Under the pieces are notes generated by a model. The model had not been told where the DNA came from. It saw nothing but the letters and a program-made list of their open reading frames with translations, and ran no database searches. The position numbers were made by a program, and so were the translations under genes. Below are positions 1 to 12,981 of a stretch of 64,000 nucleotides of DNA, piece by piece (positions within the stretch are counted from its first letter, which is position 1; each line of letters opens with the position of its first letter). Origin of the DNA: Zootoca vivipara (Eukaryota); contig NC_083288.1 of assembly GCF_963506605.1 (NCBI RefSeq), forward strand, positions 26,722,001-26,786,000. The letters are read 5' to 3'.

Positions 1-1629
1 ACACAATAGCTGCTAAATAAAAAAGACCAGGCATTATAAAATACAGTACTAGTACCGTATATAAAAAATTATACTAGTGCTTCATCAACTGCAGAGACTC
101 TCAATTCATTTCCAGGTTCAATTCTCAAGTGCTAGTTTTTATCCTTCATGGCCTGGTACTAGGATACCCAAAGGATTGTATTAACATGTTCCTGTACGTA
201 CACTAGGCAAGGCTCTTTAAGTTCTTCCACCACTTGAGGCGCAGATGGCTACCAGAGAAAGGGCCTTCCCAGGAAGAGCATTATAAAATCAGGGCACCAC
301 CATTGAAAACTCATTTCAGCACCAAGATAGATAGATATTTCAGGCTTTGCAATTCAATTTGACCCATTAACTGGATTTGTTGTTTTTATGCTGCTTCTAG
401 TGATTTACTGGTTTGAATACAGGTCCATGTGCTTTTAATTTGTTTTATTGTGTTTTTACATTTTGTAAGCCAATTTTATTGAAGTGTGGCATAGAAATAC
501 CTCAAAATTTAAATAAGATTTATCCTTTGTGGTCTTGGTAATGGTGTGGGCTAAACATCAGATCAGGCAGCATGCAACTGGAAAGCAACTGGACATATCT
601 ATATATCAAAAGTTGATGCACAGCATTAAAAGCATTAAATTTAAAAATATCAGATTTCCAGGAATGTATTCACCAGAAGAACTTTTTTCCTTGAGGAGAC
701 TATATATACTGTAAACACAGACAAAAAAAATCCTATAACCTTGTAGACAGCAGAATACATGTTCTCATTTGTTTTATAACATAAAGTAGCTCCAATGTTT
801 TATGCTATTTAGCATCCTTGTTATAAGCTACAAGAAGTTTTAAAAAAATGAATCAGGGTGCACAAGTAGGAATAGGCAGATACTTCCATTCTGATCAGTT
901 TCACATCCACTCAATACATTCAGTAAGTCTTTCCTGTTCTGTTTTTTAAAAGTTTTTTTAATGAATATATAAAATGTACACATGCATTTTTTATACTTCT
1001 CAATGCATTTCCCCATAAAATACATATTTTCTATGCATTTTTAACTAAAACTGAAAGGCAAATTTGAAGAAGTGTGCAGTTCAATTAATAGCTGCATTCT
1101 GATCCATAAACAAGTCTAGGACTGCCAAATTTGTTCACTTGAATCAGTGACTGAGCCTTTTCTAACTATCATTTTATAACCACCAGTTTTGTCTTTGGAT
1201 CAATAGTGCCTTCTAAAACTCTACAGTTCACTCTTAAAGTGCTGAATTAAGAGTCCAGTATTCCTACTCCTTTAGTTCAGAACCAGGTTTCTTATATAGA
1301 ACTAATTATGCAGTTTTGACAGTAATAGGAAGAAATTTATATAGCAAGTTCTTCTAAAACAAATACTTAGAGGCCCATTTTTCCTTTTCAACCTCCTTGC
1401 ATGAGTTTTAGAGAGTTTACTCTAGAGTTTAAGACCAGTTGTGGCTTTTGGATCTTAGGATTAAATGCAAGCTTGGAGCAAACTCCCAAAGGAGATTGCA
1501 TTAAAAGTTCTTGTAATGACTTTCTTTGAAGTGTCTTTCCAAAAGATAAAAAAGCTCCTCATTCAGGAGACACACTGAAGATCTACATGTTCCAGGTCTC
1601 TAGTGTTGCTTAAAGCCATTGCTCTCTTC

Positions 1630-1800
1630 CACAGGGAAGCAACATATGTCAACTCAGATTTGTCCATCTAGCAACTGTCCAGGTCTTAAGCAGAGAGATC
1701 TTCCACATGACCACCTACCAGATATTTTAGCTGGAGATACTAGGGACTGGACCTAGGACCTTCTACATGCCAACATGGACTCTACCACCTAAGGTTCCTT
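1630..1800 (-). mobile_element. Degenerate tRNA-derived SINE
   Basis: gctggagatactagggactggacctaggaccttctacatgc...ctctaccac resembles the reverse complement of a pol III SINE head. Confidence 0.45.
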
Positions 1801-3595
1801 CCCATCACAATAATCTTTACAGATGACTAAAAGGCTCTCTCCTCTTTTTAAGAATAAGTAGAAGTCTCTGAAGTCATGTCTTGATAACAGAAACAATGGC
1901 TTATACTAGGTTGCATCCAAGATAGAATAGAGCTATTTAAATTAATGGTCATGATTAACTTTTGTCTAGTAATTTCATTGAGTCTGCTCTGAGTAGAATG
2001 TAGCTGGATACAACCCGCTGAGTTGGCATACTCACTACAAAATTAATGAAACTGTCAATGTTGATTTAAGGAGGCAGGTTAGGTTTAAAAGAAATTCCTA
2101 TATTTACAAATATAGAAGAGAGAAGAAAAGCAAATAAAACCTAATTATTAAAAAAACCACTGTCAGCTGATATTAACAATAAGTATATTCCATCAATCCT
2201 GGTTTATATGTACAGTATTTATATGTAAAGTATTAATAAAGACAGTCCAAATAGGTATCTAATGATTACAAGCCACGTGTTCAAATACAGAAAGGGCAGT
2301 GAGATCTTCAATTCATTGGGTGTTAGATGGTAGATATTTGTCCTTCCAACTTTGCAGTATGTCTCTTAGACACCAAAAGGACTCAAAGAACTCACTTTTG
2401 TTGTCAATCTGTTAGTTCAATATAATTTATGAGTGCGAATATTAATGATTTTCCAAAACAAAGTTGATATGAGCAGTAATTTCTGACAAGAAAGAAACCA
2501 TTACAGGACATGCCCACATCAAGAGGAATTTTCAGCATTACACTGCCAACATCTAACTAACAAATCTCTTCCTATAAGAGCACTGTGATGTCCAACATAC
2601 TGAAAACACCAATTTTTGTTGTATCACTATCAATTTTAAATCTAACAAAACACTGCATATACATGCTAAAGCAACTTTCCATTGACTGAGCTGAATGGAA
2701 TACTCTAACCCTCTGTTCCATTCAACTTTAAAATCCTGAACGCAACACTTTTTTAAAAGAAGAACATTATTCATTTACATTAGTATGCAATGATCACTCT
2801 TTTACAAAAAAAAAGTAAATGGTATAAAGATGCTTCTAAATTTATGAAGTATGTTGTTGTTGTTTTGGGAAAAGAATAACAACTTGGTGCAAGTGTCGAA
2901 AACCCATGTTGTCTTTGAATTTGATGTACGGTATTTAGAAATGATGATTGAAAGCAAAGTTTCATAAGTATAGTGGTAACTTCAGTTGTGTTTCTTGTGC
3001 AAATAAGGTTGGAATCTTAAACACACTTAACAGTAATAGACCTCACTGATGAACACAGTGGAACTTCTTTCCCAATAAACATGATAGTATTGCTCTGCTA
3101 TGCACTGGTGAGGTTGTCTCTGCCTCTTGGCACTGCAACCACAAATACAGCTACTGGAATGCTCAGACACACACCAGTTAGAAGGAACTAGGGGAAAACC
3201 TGATGACCACACCAGCTTTTTCCTTGGTTCCAAACAACCCAAGAAAAAAAGAGTTTCTCCAGCTAAAATACCTGTATTAGCTGATGGCAGGAGTTTCCCT
3301 AAATTTCTTCTAAAATATTAAGTGAAATGCAAGGGTGATGCAAGACCAAAATCTGGCTAACTCCAGTACCAGATCCTAGAGACAGAGCTCTTTTCTTATA
3401 ACCATAAAATTAAAGCTTTGCAATGCATCTAAAGGGATCACCACCAAGTATGTTCAAATGCTATGCTTTCATTCATGAGTGAAGTAGAATAGAAAGAAGT
3501 CTTAATAAATAATGTATTAGAGAGCTGGTGTAGTGGCCAAGAAGTTCCTTCTTCAAATCTCACCTCAGCTATGAACTCAGAGAACAACCAGTCCC

Positions 3596-3720
3596 TCATC
3601 CCCAATTCCCACCTGTAGCATGGGGGCAATAAACTAACCTACCATACAGGATTGTTGTGAGGATTAATGACAGCATCTGCAAATAATTTAAATAGTCTAA
3701 AGAACGATAAATTAGCAACC
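3596..3720 (+). mobile_element. MIR/CORE-like SINE remnant (similar remnants near 14670-14750 on -, 45380-45510, 61685-61880)
   Basis: cccacctgtagcatgggggcaataa...ctacc...caggattgttgtgaggattaa resembles the MIR core. Confidence 0.5.
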
Positions 3721-5389
3721 ATGGATTAGGGAAGTTACAGCACATACATTGACTATTTAAAAGGCTGAATAAATGTAAGGACAATCCCAGGAATCTTTTT
3801 TACCCTAGAATTCTATGATCTCACCAGTCTAACCATGCAGCCCTTGCTGACAAATCAGTGGCATAACTTACCATTATAGTAGTTTATTTGCACATTACAA
3901 TGACCACTTTTCCCCACTATAAAAAAAGGAAGATCAATTATGGGGGGAAATCCATAATAAAAATGTGTTTCTATACTCATTCTAGCAAGGCATCTATTTT
4001 AATGCCAATTCTGCTGGTAGACAAAAGGGTTTTTTCCTTTCCATCCCCACCCAAAACTACAGGAGCATACCACAGTCTTTACCCAATGAGAACTGCACTT
4101 TGCATCCATGTATTCTAGCCTGGCAGGGGCGTGACCAGCTGCTGCTATTACACTCAGATCCATTTTTCTCTCAGAGAAAACCATTTGAGACAGAGAGAAA
4201 AACAATGAATGCACAGAATAATCAAGCTAGAATCTTTGGGTGACCATGATTCTCTCGAAAACTGTGTGTGGCACCCCCCCCCTCCCAAGCTCTCCACCAC
4301 ATCTTGATCAGGAATTATCTATCTCCCTGTTATATTTCTGCTCGGAACAGCAACTATTAACATAATAAGCATGGAGAAGAGGGAAAGAGTCATTTTCATT
4401 CTCTTTCAACTCACCAGTGTTGTGCTACTGTTACACCCAAGAATTAAGAATCCAAAATATAAATCCCATAATACTGACCCATATAGAGGAACAAAGCAAC
4501 TCAGCTCTTAGAAAAGAGTACTGTGCAGGTCATTTACCCTATCTCCGATTTCCACAATGAAAAAAAATCCTAACACAGAATACATTTTCCTTTCTTAGGC
4601 TATTTCCCCCAACATCATAATTATCTAAGCAATACTGGAAATATGACATGGACTGCAAAACATGGCACCACTGATATGAAGGAGAGCCCACCCTTTTTCT
4701 CTCTCCAAGATCCACACCTACTGCAGCACCAACAGCCTATCATTCGCCATCATCCTCACAATCAAAACCAGTCTCCCAAGCAGGAAACCAAACCTATCAG
4801 AGACAAGAGATGGGGGAAATGACAGTTAACGGGGTCAGAAAAGGGGTTCCTTAAAATTCTCCTATAATTCCAAATGCAGTTAACAGATCATTTGTTAAAT
4901 GATAAAATAAAATGTTACATATGGGTGGTTTTTTTAAAAAAAAGAAAGTGTATTCAAAAACTGCATTCCAAGCAACTTATACAATGTTATTTATTTCAAA
5001 AAGAAAGAAAGAATAAAAGTAGGTGGTGTTGTTGCAAAATATTTATAAGGAGATACATACAATTCACATACAATTAAGCCTACCCTTGAGATCCTAAGAG
5101 ACACACCCCTATTGCCCCATTTTGCATTACGATTACAAGCCTCTCCACTGAATGATGAGAGATGGAAAGGAGCCCTAATAAAGCTACAATAGACCAGGGA
5201 GGAAAATAACGTATTTGTACTGCCACACGCACTGGCAGGTGGCGAGTGCGTATTTCTTTGCAATAGGGCTCCTCTTTTCAGAGGCAGGGGTGTGGTTAAA
5301 AGAGAAGAGATGAATGCTGTTCAAAATGCTGCAATTAGGAGAGTTGTATAATTGTGAAGAGAGCATTGAGAGATCTACCGACATCATAT

Positions 5390-6120
5390 TCAAACGGAAT
5401 TACGCCGCGTACTGAAGCCATCGGACCCAAAAGCTATCTTGCATGGCGCGGCGCCTCTCCCTCCGCCACTGCAAGCGCATTTACTGCGTAACCGCACGCA
5501 CCTGTACGCTTAACGCACCCCCGCCCGTCCATCCCCACCACCCAAACGTTTGCAAAGTCTGAAGGCCCTCAGTGCAACTGCTCTCCTAAGAGCAGATCGC
5601 ATCGTGCTGGGAAACCCTACCTGGCGCTGCGGCTGCTAATGCTGCTGCAGGGAGAGATCTCTGGAAAGCCTCGCTCACCAAAGCCGGGAGGAGGGGGAGT
5701 GACAGGCAAGAGGGAGAGACAGACAGAAAGAGAACGCGCCTATCTAGCGACGGGAGCGCGCACAGGCTCCGGAACCTTCCCAAGAAGAACTCGTATATGC
5801 GCGCTCACAAGGGCCCTCCCAGCTCCTCGAGAAATAAGGTTGCTCCCACAATGAAATGAAAGGCTGCCCGAAATGGCTCTCCCACGCACGCGCACAATGC
5901 CCGCCCGTCTCATCTTTCAGACACCTCCCTACGACCGTAAGCGCATGCGTGGAGGCTTTACACCGACTCCCAATGTGTTCTTTGTCTTCTTTAGAAAAGC
6001 CGGTTTTAAACAAAAAACACATCAAAAAAACCTCCTTTTGGAGCCGCGCAGGCGTGAGCGCTATTTATCAAATAAGAATAGTTACCGTTCTTTATAGCGT
6101 ATAGGACACAAGGTCAGCGC
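5390..6120 (-). promoter_or_regulatory. CpG island / promoter and probable non-coding first exon of an unidentified leftward gene
   Basis: Sharp CpG enrichment in an AT-rich background; NRF1-like GCGCATGCG at 5941-5949; minus-strand donors CAG|GTAGGG (5621/5620) and TTG|GTGAGC (5679/5678); no minus-strand ATG in 5621-5860. Confidence 0.55.
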
Positions 6121-6806
6121 AGCAGGATCCAGACAAAGCAGTGTTTGTTACAGTGCTATAATAAGAGTGTGGTGCCCCACTCTGAAGTCATACTGCTTTT
6201 TAACATCCCTGCTCCCAGAACACGTATGTTTACACTTAGGTATATACCATAGCCATCCGCAAGGGGGCGCATTGCTCCCTCATTAGCCATAATCCCCAGA
6301 TTCCCAATCTTACTTTTTAAAAATTAAACATCCTAGCACTTGTAGAATCAGGAATATGAAGCCAAAATGTGCAGGCATTTTTGTTTTGTGAGGAACTAAC
6401 CTCTCCCATCTGTCTATATTTTTAGCCAATAAATGAAGTCATAGTAATGACTGACATTTAGGAAAGCAAATATTGCTAGCAAAACAAAGAGGCTAGAAGA
6501 CCAATTGCCTAGAAGACTCTAGAGAAAGAAAATCTTAATTTGCTTTTAAGCATTTTCTACTGTTCTTCCCTGTGGAAAAGCGATTGCTGCCCCATAGAAA
6601 ACAACTCATTTATCCAGGATTTTAGTATCACTGTGACTGGGAAGTAGTGTGTCAACCCAAAACAAAAGGTAATAACAAAGACAATATATTTCTCATGTGG
6701 ATCTTAGATTTTTTTCCCTCCCCAGTTTGTAATCATTTAAAAAACACTCTGCCAATACATACATAGAGACAATTCATCATTACCGTATTATGCCCATACT
6801 GCAGAG

Positions 6807-7485
6807 CAAGGGCGTACCCACCGCGGGGCAGGGAGGGGCCGCTGCCCTACTCTAGAGGCAGGGCCGGTCGGGCAGCTGCGGGCAAGAGTGGCGCTGCCGG
6901 CGGGGCTGGTGGGCAGAGGCGGAGGACAGCCCAGCGGAGCGCGAGTTCGGCGCCCGCAGCAGTCTCTTGCGCCCGAGCCGTGCGGAGTCCACACAGCCGC
7001 GCTGTGTGGGAGGGGGCAAGGGCTGACGCTCCCGACGTTTGGGAGACCTTTGCGCATGCGCAAAGCGGGGCGCATGCGCACAGCGCGGCTGTGGACTCCG
7101 GCGGCCGCCGTGCAGGGCGCATGCGCACAGCGCGGCTGTGCTCAAAGGTCTCCCGAACGTCGGGAGTCGTTCAGCGCCTGCCAGACCGCTGCAGCAACGG
7201 AGCCTCGGATAGCTTCGCGGAGGCCGGGGCTTTGCTCCAGACCTCCGCGGAGGCCCCGATCCAAGCCTGGTTCCCTTCTCTCCCCCCCCAGCCCACCCCC
7301 AGACTTCCCTCTTCTCCTCTAGGCGGCCGCTGGTTTTCTCCCCTTCGCCGCCGTCGCTTCAGGTTTATTTTGATTTCACCTGGGCTCTGTAGCCCCGCCC
7401 ACATTCCCACTTTGTGGCCCCTCCCCTCCCGTGCCTTGGCCCCGCCCCTTGCCCCCCCCTAGTTTTGATCCTGGGTACGCCCCTG
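6807..7485. mobile_element. Non-autonomous hAT-type DNA transposon (GC-rich MITE)
   Basis: TIRs caagggcgtaccca / tgggtacgcccctg; perfect 8-bp TSD ctgcagag (6799-6806, 7486-7493). Confidence 0.88.
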
Positions 7486-10400
7486 CTGCAGAGGGCAGGG
7501 CTGTGGCTCAGAGAGTGAGTTACGCCAGTCCTGCAAAGTAACCAACTGCAACTGTTGTTATATGCCTCTTGCTGGGAGAGGAGAAAGTTGCTGAGAGAGG
7601 AGAAAGTATACAGCAACCCTGAATGGTAGTCCAATGTTATTATCCTGGTGTACTGGGGTTGTTGGTTTTTTTTAAAGGGAAATGCATTTTGGAGTGGGGA
7701 TTGGCAGCAAAATTAAGGACTAGAGGGAACAAAGCAGCAAGGGCAAGAATTCCTGGGAATGCCAATGTCACAGATATTTCTTTTTATTAATCATTCAGAA
7801 TTTAGTATCTATCATACCTTTCAACATTACACAAATTAAGATAGGAACACATGTACTATTCTTGCATCAAGGGCCAGGACAAAGGAGAAACAAACATGGT
7901 CAGAAGCAAGGGTGCACAGAACAACTAATGTGAATTTTACCTTTGTAGGGTAGGCTAGTTTCTACACAAGCACCCCCCCACACACACACACAAACACACC
8001 TTCTCTGTCCTTCATCCAGGCAACCAAGAGGCAACATCACAGTTCAAGGACACATTCCAGTCAGGTAACAAGGAAGGCCCATCCCATCTCGCCACCTGAG
8101 GAGAAACATGAATGTGCCAACCCCTGCCACTGGATCACCTCCCCACCTTGCTGAAACCTGCCAAGTTGGGGGTGGGCATTCCTGCAATATAAGTGGTGGG
8201 GCAGGCAGGCAGGATGTTGCCTCTTGTCTGAGGTGGCCCCCTGCCTCATGGGTGGGCCAGCTATGAGTAACAACACTCAAGGAGGGTGTAAAGCAGGGCC
8301 AGTGAGAGCCATAACTTGGGGAGGGTCCCTAGGGCCACACAGAGAGGCCCAGAGAGCCACGTTTGGCCAACAGCCTGAGATTCTCTATCTTTGCCCTAAA
8401 GGATGCCTTACTTCTTCTGTTTGGCTTGTCCTGCACTAAGTGACAGTGGTGTCCAGAAAGTCAGCCTGCTGTGTGGACTGGTCTGGTCTCCATTTGATGA
8501 TGGGTGGAAGTTGTTGAAGTATTGATGCAATTTCTCAAGGAGCCTTCTTTCCTTAGATCCAAATTATTAATATTTCAAGTAGTGAAGAGATACTTAAGGA
8601 GACTACTTGGCTGGATAGTTGTTTATGGGAGCTTATGGAGAAGGGAAGCAGCGCAGTGGTGTTTGCTGTTTAAACAACCCAAAAAGCCACACTATTTAAA
8701 AGTTTTTTGTTTTTTTAAGGTGTTTACAGCACATGTAAACCTGTAGATTGACCACCCCATCTATAGCATATGAAATGGCAGAATGCACATCAGATTACTG
8801 CCATGCAGCTCAATCCTATAGTCAAAAGTAAGTGCAATGGGCCTTATGCACAGGTAAGCTTGTACATATGGTAATAATTGCCAGCCTCTGTTCCTGCATG
8901 TGCATTTGCAGGATAAGCACTAAAGCCATGGGCATCTCCCTCAAATTCATATTTAACTTATGGATACTTGAAGTAGAATAGTGAAATCTCAGTTTGTGTC
9001 ATGCTGTCTGGCATTGATCCCCTTCTCAAGTTCAGTGGAACAAAAGGGTTTGGAGGCACCTCTCTTCGAGGAGTCACCCCATATTGCCAGAACTAACAGG
9101 CCAGAAGTTGCTGCTTTACTGGATTTCCTCAGAGTTAGAAGACACACACGCAGTGTCATCCCTTGTAAAGTGTTTCTTAGGAGCAATAGTGTGTTTTTAA
9201 ACTGCCTGTTTACACAATTTCTGCTACCTGATTTTACATATTCTCATGCAAAATTAGAGACAAATTTTGGTACAAATGTTGGTACAATTTTTTAAAAAAT
9301 TGCATTGTTATAAAGAATATTATTTGACTTTTCTCAATATGTCTCTGTGGTTCTTGTTCTGTTCCCAAATCATTCTTGATTTTTTTTTTACTTAATATTA
9401 ATCAAAATGGGAGGAAACACAATTAAATACTTAGGGTTGTCTTACTAGGGAAACCTCCTGCAGTTTTTCCATCCCTAAATCCAATTACAGGGGATAAGTA
9501 ACCATGGAATAGGATGGTAATAATTCTTTTGAAGAAGCTGCAGTAAGTAGCTAAACCTAAGGAGCATTATCTGAACGACTAAGCACTAGAAACTTAAGGA
9601 GGAATTTATTTGTTGCCTTTTTTAGATACATCATTATTATCACTAATAAAGCACAGTGTTGAGAGGTCTTGCATATGGAAATCAAACACAGGTTGACAAA
9701 CTTGTCCAGAACCTATATACAGTACCATTAACAACAATATCAGTCTCTGAGTATTTGAACTTCAAACAGAGAATCATGTTGTAAATTATATACCTTGTTT
9801 CTCTATGACCTCTCAGTCTCTAAAGAGGTACAATAGTGTATTGCACACCATTCCTTTATTATTACTGCTGTGAACGGTTAATTAATTGAATTGTCACAAA
9901 TTTTACTTTCTACATTTAATCGTCTGACCGTACTGTTTACTATTTTCTCACTCTACACCCACATGTTATGTACCTACCAACTAAATATGACAATACATGT
10001 ATTTGATTAAGTGGACTCTAGACCACAGATACTTATACCATAATAAATTTCTCTGTTTTTAAGCTGCAATAAAATTCTAAAATGCTGTCTTGAGCATGCA
10101 TATAAACTTTCATGCCAATATATCAGTCCTCATGGGAGATACTGTACTATATTGTATTCTCTTTTGCATACTTCCTGTTTCCCTGAAACATGGGTGCAGG
10201 GCTCAAGTTCAGATTCATCGTTTAAATGCAGGCTGTTATCTGAGCATGTGTGCCAGTTTCCATGTTGATGTCTGAAGACCAAATAACACTTTATACTAGT
10301 AAATATATGTTCCCAGCACGATGTTTACTGATGTAACAAATAATATTAGGGTAGTGGGCACTCACAGGGGAGAATCAACATGAGGGAACGAGGGCTGCTT

Positions 10401-11463
10401 AACTCCTTCTACACCAACTGGTGGTCTTCTGAAAATGTACTCATCTAACCTATTTTCCTTTCAACCAGCTTCAACATTAAAGATAACCAGGAACTAGAGA
10501 ATCCACACATTAGAATGTAGCAGAATCTTACATTGAATGTAAAAAGTGCCATAGCATAACATTACAAGGAAACAATTTACTTAGGTTAGGGGGAATCAAA
10601 GTGATTAGAAGCAAGCACAAGAGACAACAACCTACAAAACACAATGTGCATAAAAAAAATAAGAATGATTTAAAAAAGACACGACGGTTGACATGTTTTC
10701 AATGCTGGCATAAAGAAAATTGTGGGGGTGGGGTGAAGGAAGCTGAAGGAAACACAGTGGAGAAGAAGTCCATGCTAAGGTGCTCACATTTCTGCCCTCA
10801 GTTGCTGAAAAACCAAACCAACAGCATTCTAGAGCAGCCATTTACCAATTTTCCCAGAGAAAGGTTATGTGCAGCCACATCTAGGGATGTCAGAGAACAC
10901 TGATAGAAACAGAAATTGCAATCACTGATGTCTGCTTATTTGTTCCATGTTCAAAACACAAATCAATCCAGAAAAAAATCCTATTCATTGCTGTTCTTGT
11001 CTTCAGTCCAAACATTACGTAATTTATGTTTTCCCCTATTTGCATTAAATTTCCTTTGCAGAGATACATTGTGTAATAAGGCCGCTATACTGGCAACGGG
11101 GGTTAAATCATGTTGAAAATGCATAAAAAATCTTTAAAGTTCCAAAATATTAACTGTAGAGCTTTTCCTTTAAAAAGTTCAACAACTTAGGGCACTCAAC
11201 AACTTTTGAGGTGTCATGGTTTTTTAAATATGGCAACCCTAGTGTAATAGCATTACAATAATTAATTAATTAATTAATTAATTGCATAAAATTCTGCTGC
11301 AGTGGACAGTGACATTAATGATGTTTTTGTTGCAAGCCAAACTGCTGCAGAACAGGAACAGCACTGCATGTGACAAACATCAGTTGGATTGAAAATCGAT
11401 AATTTTTTTACATCCCTAGTCAAATTCTATGCATACTTGCTTGGACATAAGTTCCCCTATATA

Positions 11464-11659
11464 CAGCTGTACCTTGGTTTTCGAACAGCTTAGTTCTCAA
11501 ACGTTTTGGCCCCCGAACTCCGCAAAACCAGAAGTGACTGTTCCAGTTTGCAAACTATTTTTGGAAGCTGAAGTCCGACAAGGCTTCTGTGGCTTCCGAA
11601 CATTTGGAAGTCGAGCGGACTTCTGGGACAGATTCTGTTTGACTTCCAACGTACAACTG
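11464..11659. mobile_element. Tc1/mariner (pogo/Tigger-like) MITE
   Basis: TA|cagctgtacct ... acgtacaactg|TA. Confidence 0.7.
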
Positions 11660-12525
11660 TACAAGACTTATTTCCTTGTAAGTGTGCATATAAGTGTGCC
11701 CTTCAAACCTGTGAATTCCAATGAATAATAGTCCATACTTAGGGGGCTTACACCATTGGATCCCCATAAGACCTTCAACCATCTCAATATGTCCTGCCTA
11801 TCCCCATCCCTCCCAGAGGCTAGACATATTTGTTTTTTGTTGGTGACAAGCAAGAATATAGGTATTAAAGGAGAATTATATGGTCTTAACCCTGTAGTGC
11901 ATTAATTAGACTTAAGCACGTTGCTTATATGAGGCTGGTTATCCCACAATCTGAGGGTGACTGCCAAAGGCAGTTTGGCAGTTACAGCTGAAGTTCTGTT
12001 TGATGAGATGGGACTAGTGAGTGAGATTTTATAACTTTTTTCAGTTAATGGAATTCAAAAATACATTGGGGTTGGGATTATAAGGAACAAAGTATCAATT
12101 TGTTGGGGCCTACCCCTCTTTTCAATGAGAGAAAGGGCTTGAGTTCTTCAGTGTAAAAAGGCAAAATAGCAGGCATCAGTGGGAATTTCTGGAAGGGCTT
12201 TGATATTGTTCTGAAACTGTGACATTTTAAATACCGGTACTTAGTAAAATATTAATGGAGACATCATAGTGCCTACCTCCTGCAAGAAGAGAAGCTTGAC
12301 TGGGGGAGGAAATAAAGGTCTCATTAGTAGAGTTATTTGACTGTCAGCAAGCATGTGGATGCAGGGTAGGGTTCTCAATGGCTGCTAGTGACGATGTAAC
12401 CAGGGAAAGGGCTCTGCCGTGCGTGAGAAAAGAAGAGCCAAGATGGAAGACAGAATGGTGTGGCTTATTATTGTGTGTTGTATATATTTAAATTTACTTT
12501 GAAATTACTTGGAGTCTGTGAGATT

Positions 12526-12792
12526 TAAAGGTAAAGGACCCCTGACAGTTAAGTCCAGTCACGAACGACTCTGGGGTTGCAGCGCTCATCTCACTTAACT
12601 GACAGAGGGAGTCGGCATTTGTCCTCAGACAGTTTTTCCGGGTCATGATGTGGCCAGCATGACTAAGCCACTTCTGGTGAAACCAGAGCAGCGCACGGGA
12701 ACACCTTTTACCTTCCCACCGGAGCAGTACCTATTAATCTACTTGCACTTTGACATGTTTTCAAACTGCTAGGTTGGCAGGAGCTAGGGACA
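12526..12792 (-). mobile_element. Sauria SINE, 5'-truncated
   Basis: taaaggtaaagg tail (ACCTTT repeats on -) plus body matching the full-length copies in this window. Confidence 0.85.
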
Positions 12793-12891
12793 AATCCAAA
12801 TAAAAATATTGCGGAAGTCAAGCTATCCTTAGGGATATAAAATGTATCATGTGAAATGCATTCAAGACAGGGCAAGTATACTTGTGCACTA

Positions 12892-12981
12892 CATAGCTGC
12901 CAAGTTATCCCTTTTTTTAAGGGAAATTCCATTATGCTGAATAGGCTTCCTTGCGAGAAAAGGGAAAACTTGGCAGCTATG
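12892..12981. mobile_element. 90-bp hAT MITE
   Basis: TIR catagctgccaagtt / aacttggcagctatg; 8-bp TSD gtgcacta (12884-12891, 12982-12989). Confidence 0.88.

Noticed and set aside
1-6120. Naming the leftward gene GRN
   Set aside because: Only synteny suggests it; no granulin cysteine-repeat coding exon is visible in the window
6788-7462. Cluster of 93-160 aa ORFs on both strands
   Set aside because: By-product of a GC-rich, stop-poor MITE interior; no domain recognisable, no transposase motif
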